A stretch of DNA of 64,000 bases. Origin: an uncultured Gammaproteobacteria bacterium (GTDB lineage Bacteria > Patescibacteriota > Microgenomatia > Levybacterales > GWA1-39-11). The notes below the pieces were generated by a model that made no database searches, was not told the DNA's origin, and saw nothing but the letters and a program-made list of their open reading frames with translations. The translations under genes and the position numbers were made by a program. The stretch covers positions 73,887 to 137,886 of the forward strand of contig CAZHDZ010000004.1 of NCBI GenBank assembly GCA_964531275.1, written 5' to 3'. Of the stretch, positions 59,059 to 64,000 are shown in pieces. Numbering within the stretch: position 1 is the stretch's first letter; the number at the start of each line of letters is the position of its first letter.

Positions 59059-59334
59059 TTATTGAATAATTTTTTGAAAGAAGTTGTTGATTCTATCAAG
59101 ATCTTTCAAGGTATATTTTTTTGGAATGTCATTGCCGAGGAGTACTCTGCGAGTTTCTAGAGAGCAAAGTGTGTATTTTATCTGAGTCGGAATTTTCTCT
59201 TCTGGCATTTCTGAGCTCATTATTAACTTTTTGAGCTTTGTTGCCAAATAGCTAAATTTTATTTCATCGTGCTTATACCTATCTATCAGAACAATGATTT
59301 CAAAAAATGATTCTTTGTTATTTTGAAAATCCAT
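59059..59334 (-). CDS. hypothetical protein, possible orphan immunity protein
   Basis: Low-GC 91-aa ORF at the distal end of the Rhs locus. Confidence 0.5.
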   Translation of the reverse strand: MDFQNNKESFFEIIVLIDRYKHDEIKFSYLATKLKKLIMSSEMPEEKIPTQIKYTLCSLETRRVLLGNDIPKKYTLKDLDRINNFFQKIIQ

Positions 59335-59471
59335 TTAAGTTTAGGTTAATTTAATCGTAAACCAAACTTATTAAAAAATAATTAAAAAAAATCTTATACG
59401 TGACTACGACATTAATTTAATATCAAAAGACATTAAGCTTCCTTTTATTCCGCAGGTGATGAAGGATGAGA

Positions 59472-59864
59472 CTAATAGCAATATTCTTTTATTCCTGTAA
59501 TTTTATTGTTAAGGTCGGCAAATATTCTTATTCCGCCACATGGAAGCCATCCTATTTTGTTGATAACTGAACTCTGGGTATAGTAGGTTAATCTAATATA
59601 AGCGTTTCCATTAGATCTAACGTTATATGTTCTTTGATCGTATGACCAATCAGTAACGTAGTCGATCTCAGCAGGTTTACCTGCGTAAGCAATAAGATTC
59701 TCGATACTTTTACCTTCAAGTCTTTTTTCTTCGTATAGCCCTGAAATTCTGTGATAATTAGCATTCAAGAAGCTAGAAACAAGAATAGTATATAAAACCA
59801 ATAGTAATACTATTGCGACAAGCAATTTAAGAACTGTAGTATATTTAAGTTTTAGTATGTACAT
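59472..59864 (-). CDS. putative immunity protein for Rhs tip 3 (membrane-anchored)
   Basis: Starts 9 nt after the tip stop codon; N-terminal TM; C-terminal Cys pair. Confidence 0.65.
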   Translation of the reverse strand: MYILKLKYTTVLKLLVAIVLLLVLYTILVSSFLNANYHRISGLYEEKRLEGKSIENLIAYAGKPAEIDYVTDWSYDQRTYNVRSNGNAYIRLTYYTQSSVINKIGWLPCGGIRIFADLNNKITGIKEYCY

Positions 59865-59873
59865 CGTAATGAA

Positions 59874-60430
59874 TTACCAGCAGACGTTTGGTTTCCATGC
59901 GTTACCTGTAATAGAACCGTCATTCAACTTATACGTACCAGAATAATCTCTTGGAGTTCCAGCTGCGTTTAACACAGCCTTAACTGCATTATTCAAGAGT
60001 TCTCTTGTGCCATTCACTGTATAAACTCCATTATTAGTTACCATTACGTCAACCCCGGTGCCATTCTTGTAGATTGAATCATTTGAGAAAATGACTCCAT
60101 CCTGAGGTCTTGGATCATTAGTCTTTGCTGGTAACCAATTGTACTCATCCGTATTCTCATTTTCAAGCTTAATCAACACTGCTTGATCCGAATTATTATA
60201 AACAGCCTCCCCACTCGGGTCTGACAAATTTATTGGATCTCCATTAGTAAAGTTGTAGCCATTTTGGGTTTGTGGATTCATAAGATCTCCTTCGACTGGA
60301 TCTCTGGAGATGAATCTTCCAATTGAAGGATCGTAATATCTAGCGCGCATGTAAGTAAGGGAGGTATTTGGGTCAAATTGCTCTCCTTTGTATTGAAAGT
60401 CATCTTCTCCAACTCCGCTTAATACATTTC
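59874..60430 (-). pseudogene. orphan Rhs core + toxin tip 3
   Basis: 60217-60430 is homologous to 62294-62507; YMRARYYDPSIGRFISRDP...DPSG followed by a unique tip. Confidence 0.85.
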
Positions 60431-60488
60431 ATATTAATAGAGAGTTGAACTAATAATTATTATGAAGATTTGGTATACTACATCGCAT

Positions 60489-60785
60489 ATGGAAAATGCT
60501 TATTTAATAGCGGTAATTTTTTATACAATCCTGGCAGTACTAGTGCTTTGCGCAGAATTTAACTTTGTTAAGGTTTACAGAAAAAAAGGGTTTGAAAAAA
60601 AAGATTCAGAGCATAATACACTAGTTTTTTTATTGCTTCATTCAGAATACAATCTAAAAGCTTTATTTCTTGCATTTAATAAAATTCCAGATCAAGAAGT
60701 AGAAAAAGCAAGAAAAGCTTTCCTTGGATCTTTAGCACTAGCTATAATAGGTGTGTTTGGCCTTCAGATTTACTTCGCTTTATAA
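60489..60785 (+). CDS. 2-TM hypothetical protein, possible convergent immunity gene
   Basis: Own extended -10 (TGGTATACT); converges on the end of orphan tip 2. Confidence 0.6.
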   Translation: MENAYLIAVIFYTILAVLVLCAEFNFVKVYRKKGFEKKDSEHNTLVFLLLHSEYNLKALFLAFNKIPDQEVEKARKAFLGSLALAIIGVFGLQIYFAL

Positions 60786-60793
60786 TAAATCAA

Positions 60794-61593
60794 TCACCAC
60801 GCAGAACCTATTACAATAGTTTCGCTCTTACCTCCATGTATTCCTACGGGTAAAGAAATACCCCCATTCAAACCTACCTCTACAGCAGTGATATTGTTCG
60901 TCTCTAAGTTTTTTTCGAAAGATACATCTACTGGCCCTACCCAAAAACCTAGCTGACTACTAGTCCCATTAAGATCCGAAGGTTTTTTTACATTACTATC
61001 CCAATTGTAATAAACTGATCCACCCCCGCTAACTATATCAAAGGTACTACCCCCTATTGATGTGGACTTCGCCTTGCCCGTACCCTGAGGAGTACTAACG
61101 CTACAGTTTGAATATGACCCAGCCACTCCGACACCTCCCGATATACAGCCGCATATCCCGAAGGCATCTTTGCCAGATGGGTCGGAGAAGTTCACGGGGT
61201 CACCATTTGTAAAATTATATCCATTTTGTGTTTGTGGATTCATAAGATCTCCTTCGACTGGATCTCTGGAGATGAATCTTCCAATTGAAGGATCGTAGTA
61301 TCTTGAGCGCATGTAGGAAAGATTGGTATTTGGATCAAATTGTTCTCCTTTGTACTGAAAGTCATCTTCCCCTATTCCACTTAGTACATTTCCGTATGGG
61401 TCGTAAGATAGATCTTTAATATATTCTCCGTTGCTATCTGTAACAATTCTAATATTTCCAATTCCATCTTCTAAGTAGTATTCACGATTTCCACTACTTA
61501 CCCCACCTTCACTTATGAGTCCATTGCCGTAGAGATAATAATTATCAGTACTATTTGTAAGATCTTTGGTAACAAGTACTTTTTCCAAATCTC
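60794..61593 (-). pseudogene. orphan Rhs core + toxin tip 2 (ORF from TTG at 61588)
   Basis: 61179-61593 is nearly identical to 62294-62708; distinct Gly-rich tip after DPSG. Confidence 0.85.
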
Positions 61594-61683
61594 ATAAGCT
61601 TTTTTGCATTTTATAACTATTTTATTATCTGCAAAAAAATCTAGATATGCGCATGAATAAGTTGAAGTAAATCAAAAATACTT

Positions 61684-61935
61684 CTATAAAAATTCTATAA
61701 TACCAAAAATGGATAATATTCCAAAAAATATGAAGACAAACCCAACAAATATATACATAATCGATGTATTTTGTTTAGTAGTCTCGCTATACTGCATCCT
61801 GATATGCAGAAGCTTATTTATTTTTTTTCTCTGTTCAACCGCAGCTCTTGAAAGCTTATCAGGATTAAATACTGAATACACACCAACCATTACAAGAATA
61901 ATGCCTGGCACCTTTGACATAAAATTTTCAATCAT
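61684..61935 (-). CDS. putative 2-TM immunity protein for the main Rhs toxin
   Basis: Directly downstream of the Rhs gene; two TMs. Confidence 0.7.
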   Translation of the reverse strand: MIENFMSKVPGIILVMVGVYSVFNPDKLSRAAVEQRKKINKLLHIRMQYSETTKQNTSIMYIFVGFVFIFFGILSIFGIIEFL

Positions 61936-61950
61936 ATCGCAATTATAAAT

Positions 61951-64000
61951 CTATTTACATAAATTGCCATAAGTTTTTTGAATCATTGCAGATGCACCAC
62001 GCGCGCCTAATCCCGCTTCCGTAGTCATAGTTCCTGTCTTTGGATTTACATTTAATTGGTATGCTATAGGTACAGGTCCAGCCATGAAATTTGTCTGAAA
62101 CGATGCGTCCGTTCCGGGAGAAGGCTCCGCTTTTGAATATGTAACAGAGGCACCAATCCCACCAGGAAATGCAACACCTGCAGCATGATATAAATATACC
62201 CCTGTCTTATCTAGATCTACAAGCGCTCCCACTCCTATGGCTAAGGGTACAATACCAACGCTTACACCAACGTTAACATAGTCTTCTCCGCTAGGGTCCG
62301 CGTAATTTATTGAATCTCCGTTTGCAAAGTTGTAGCCATTTTGGGTTTGGGGACTCATAAGATCTCCTTCGACTGGATCTCTGGAAATGAAACGGCCAAT
62401 GTTTGAATCATAGTATCTTGCGCGCATGTAGGAAAGATTGGTATTTGGATCAAGTTGTTCTCCCTTGTATTGAAAGTCGTCTTCTCCTATTCCACTTAGT
62501 ACATTTCCGTATGGGTCGTAAGATAGATCTTTAATATATTCTCCGTTGCTATCTGTAACAATTCTAATATTTCCAATTCCATCTTCTAAGTAGTATTCAC
62601 GATTTCCACTACTTACCCCACCTTCACTTATGAGTCCATTGCCGTAGAGATAATAATTATCAGTACTATTTGTAAGATCTTTGGTAACAAGTACTTTTTC
62701 CAAATCTCCAGAAACATCATTTATATACTTTTTAGTAAGAGAAGAATTTTCTTTTTCTGCAACTCTCTTACCATTGCCGTCGTATAGAAAATGATACGTA
62801 GGGCTTCCAGATGCTGCATATGTTGCCAATTTATTTTCGAAGTTAAAAGTAAGTGTTTTGTTACCAAATCCAGTTATGTTGCCATTATTGTCATAAGAAT
62901 AGGATGTGCCGTCTTTTACTGTAAGCCTATTGTCATTATTGTATGTAAGAGCACTGCTGGATGCACCCAATGTTCCTGTTAGCATATTCCCAACCTTGTC
63001 ATATGTATAAGCAAATGAATTGCTTGCAGATGTTGCTGCTGTGAGTCTTCCTAATGGGTCATAAGTAAACTGAAAATTTGACGAAGCACCACCACTTGCT
63101 TCTGCTGGCTCAAGCGCTACAGCAACATGGTTTGATCTACCACCATAAGAGAGACTCCAATCCATATCGACCGCTGCTGGCCCACCGGATTGAATAATAC
63201 TAGAGCCACTTCCATTGTCATAAGAATTTGGATGACCGTTTTCTGACCAATCCAATTCATTGTCACCATCTTCAGTGGGGACAGGCTCTGATTCTATTAC
63301 ATCAATAATTACATTATTTGCCGAATTAGGTGTAATGCTAACGGAAGAATAATTACTGCTTTGAGATAGACTGTCTGATTCAACAGTGTAGGTCTGTTTG
63401 ACATTGTATATGGAGTAAGCTGCTAGAAAAGTGTAGTCCCCGCCACTAAGTCCTGATGTTACGATGCTACCACTTCCGCCTGCTGGCGCCTGCAAGCCCC
63501 ACATTTGTACGAATTCTCCATACTGACCGATTTGCTGAGCCAACTTAGTCAAAGCAACCCCTCCATATGTCACTCCAGTTGCCCCAGTTGCTCCTCCCCC
63601 TTGGTGAGAGCCGACTGATACAAGCAAGAATCTGTTTGAATTACTGCCATTGACCGGAAAACTGGAGAGAGTTACGTTACCCCCAGTATTGTGCGTTGAT
63701 TCTATCGTCCCATCAAGCTCGATAGTTGAACCTCCACCGCCCCCAATGCCTTCAGACGAAGCCTCGGCCGGTTCAAGAGCAACTGCAACATGGTTGGATC
63801 TTGCACCGTAAGAAAGCGCCCAATTCATATCAACCTCGGAAGGTCCCCCAGACTGAACTATGGTAGAGCCACTTCCATTGTCATAAGAATTTGGATGACC
63901 GTTTTCTGACCAATCCTCTATATTGGCTCCGTCAACAGTTGGCACAGGCTCTGACTGAATAGCATCAATTATCCAATTATCGGCTGAGTTTGGAGTGATG
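61951..64000 (-). CDS. Rhs/YD-repeat polymorphic toxin (5' part outside window)
   Basis: YDPLGRL, YDKVGN, YDGNGKR, core RARYYD..IGRFISRDP...DPSG; the frame is open to the window end. Confidence 0.93.
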   Translation of the reverse strand, partial: ITPNSADNWIIDAIQSEPVPTVDGANIEDWSENGHPNSYDNGSGSTIVQSGGPSEVDMNWALSYGARSNHVAVALEPAEASSEGIGGGGGSTIELDGTIESTHNTGGNVTLSSFPVNGSNSNRFLLVSVGSHQGGGATGATGVTYGGVALTKLAQQIGQYGEFVQMWGLQAPAGGSGSIVTSGLSGGDYTFLAAYSIYNVKQTYTVESDSLSQSSNYSSVSITPNSANNVIIDVIESEPVPTEDGDNELDWSENGHPNSYDNGSGSSIIQSGGPAAVDMDWSLSYGGRSNHVAVALEPAEASGGASSNFQFTYDPLGRLTAATSASNSFAYTYDKVGNMLTGTLGASSSALTYNNDNRLTVKDGTSYSYDNNGNITGFGNKTLTFNFENKLATYAASGSPTYHFLYDGNGKRVAEKENSSLTKKYINDVSGDLEKVLVTKDLTNSTDNYYLYGNGLISEGGVSSGNREYYLEDGIGNIRIVTDSNGEYIKDLSYDPYGNVLSGIGEDDFQYKGEQLDPNTNLSYMRARYYDSNIGRFISRDPVEGDLMSPQTQNGYNFANGDSINYADPSGEDYVNVGVSVGIVPLAIGVGALVDLDKTGVYLYHAAGVAFPGGIGASVTYSKAEPSPGTDASFQTNFMAGPVPIAYQLNVNPKTGTMTTEAGLGARGASAMIQKTYGNLCK

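Noticed and set aside
60425-61600. TGA=Gly recoding (code 25) suggested by GGA-to-TGA at orphan junctions
   Set aside because: Homology stops at those codons, several genes terminate in TGA with ATGA overlaps, and conserved genes contain no internal TGA.
60217-62708. Diversity-generating retroelement TR/VR pair
   Set aside because: The repeats are Rhs core homology with differences not confined to adenines, and there is no reverse transcriptase.
1-64000. tRNA/rRNA genes and transposases
   Set aside because: No cloverleaf, rRNA-like segment or transposase ORF was recognised by eye; tRNAscan and Infernal were not run.

Overview
AT-rich, gene-dense window read in standard code 11 (genes end in TGA, with ATGA overlaps). 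Gene content suggests a Patescibacteria/CPR bacterium, probably Microgenomates (inference from the short AlaRS and IF-2, AMP-phosphorylase-type DeoA, sortases, ATPase-only Lon and many apparently leaderless genes). Housekeeping genes include alaS, nth, yvcK, pyrE, pyrF, ftsK, a glucan phosphorylase, rnj, pnp, rpsO, infB, nusA, a mutY-like gene, and MacAB-like and RND exporters. Four accessory signals stand out. (1) 1-4958: at least four translationally coupled paralogs built from a ~60-aa GYW helical repeat, joined by a conserved C-terminal tag/junction. (2) 41.4-49.4 kb: four secreted Asn/Thr/Gly-rich repeat proteins with CxC motifs (one with LPRTG), a sortase and a DUF2292-like small protein. 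The two strongly expressed subunit genes have long leaders with TGAC..AGGC hairpin motifs (one a 5-unit array) and an internal terminator. This is a candidate sortase-anchored amyloid/beta-solenoid filament under antitermination control. (3) Recoded 'echo' copies of gene 3' ends downstream of SIMPL, rpsO and the rodZ-like gene. (4) 59-64 kb: an Rhs polymorphic toxin locus with orphan tips. No rRNA, tRNA or CRISPR-Cas was recognised. All family calls come from motif recognition by eye, not database searches.
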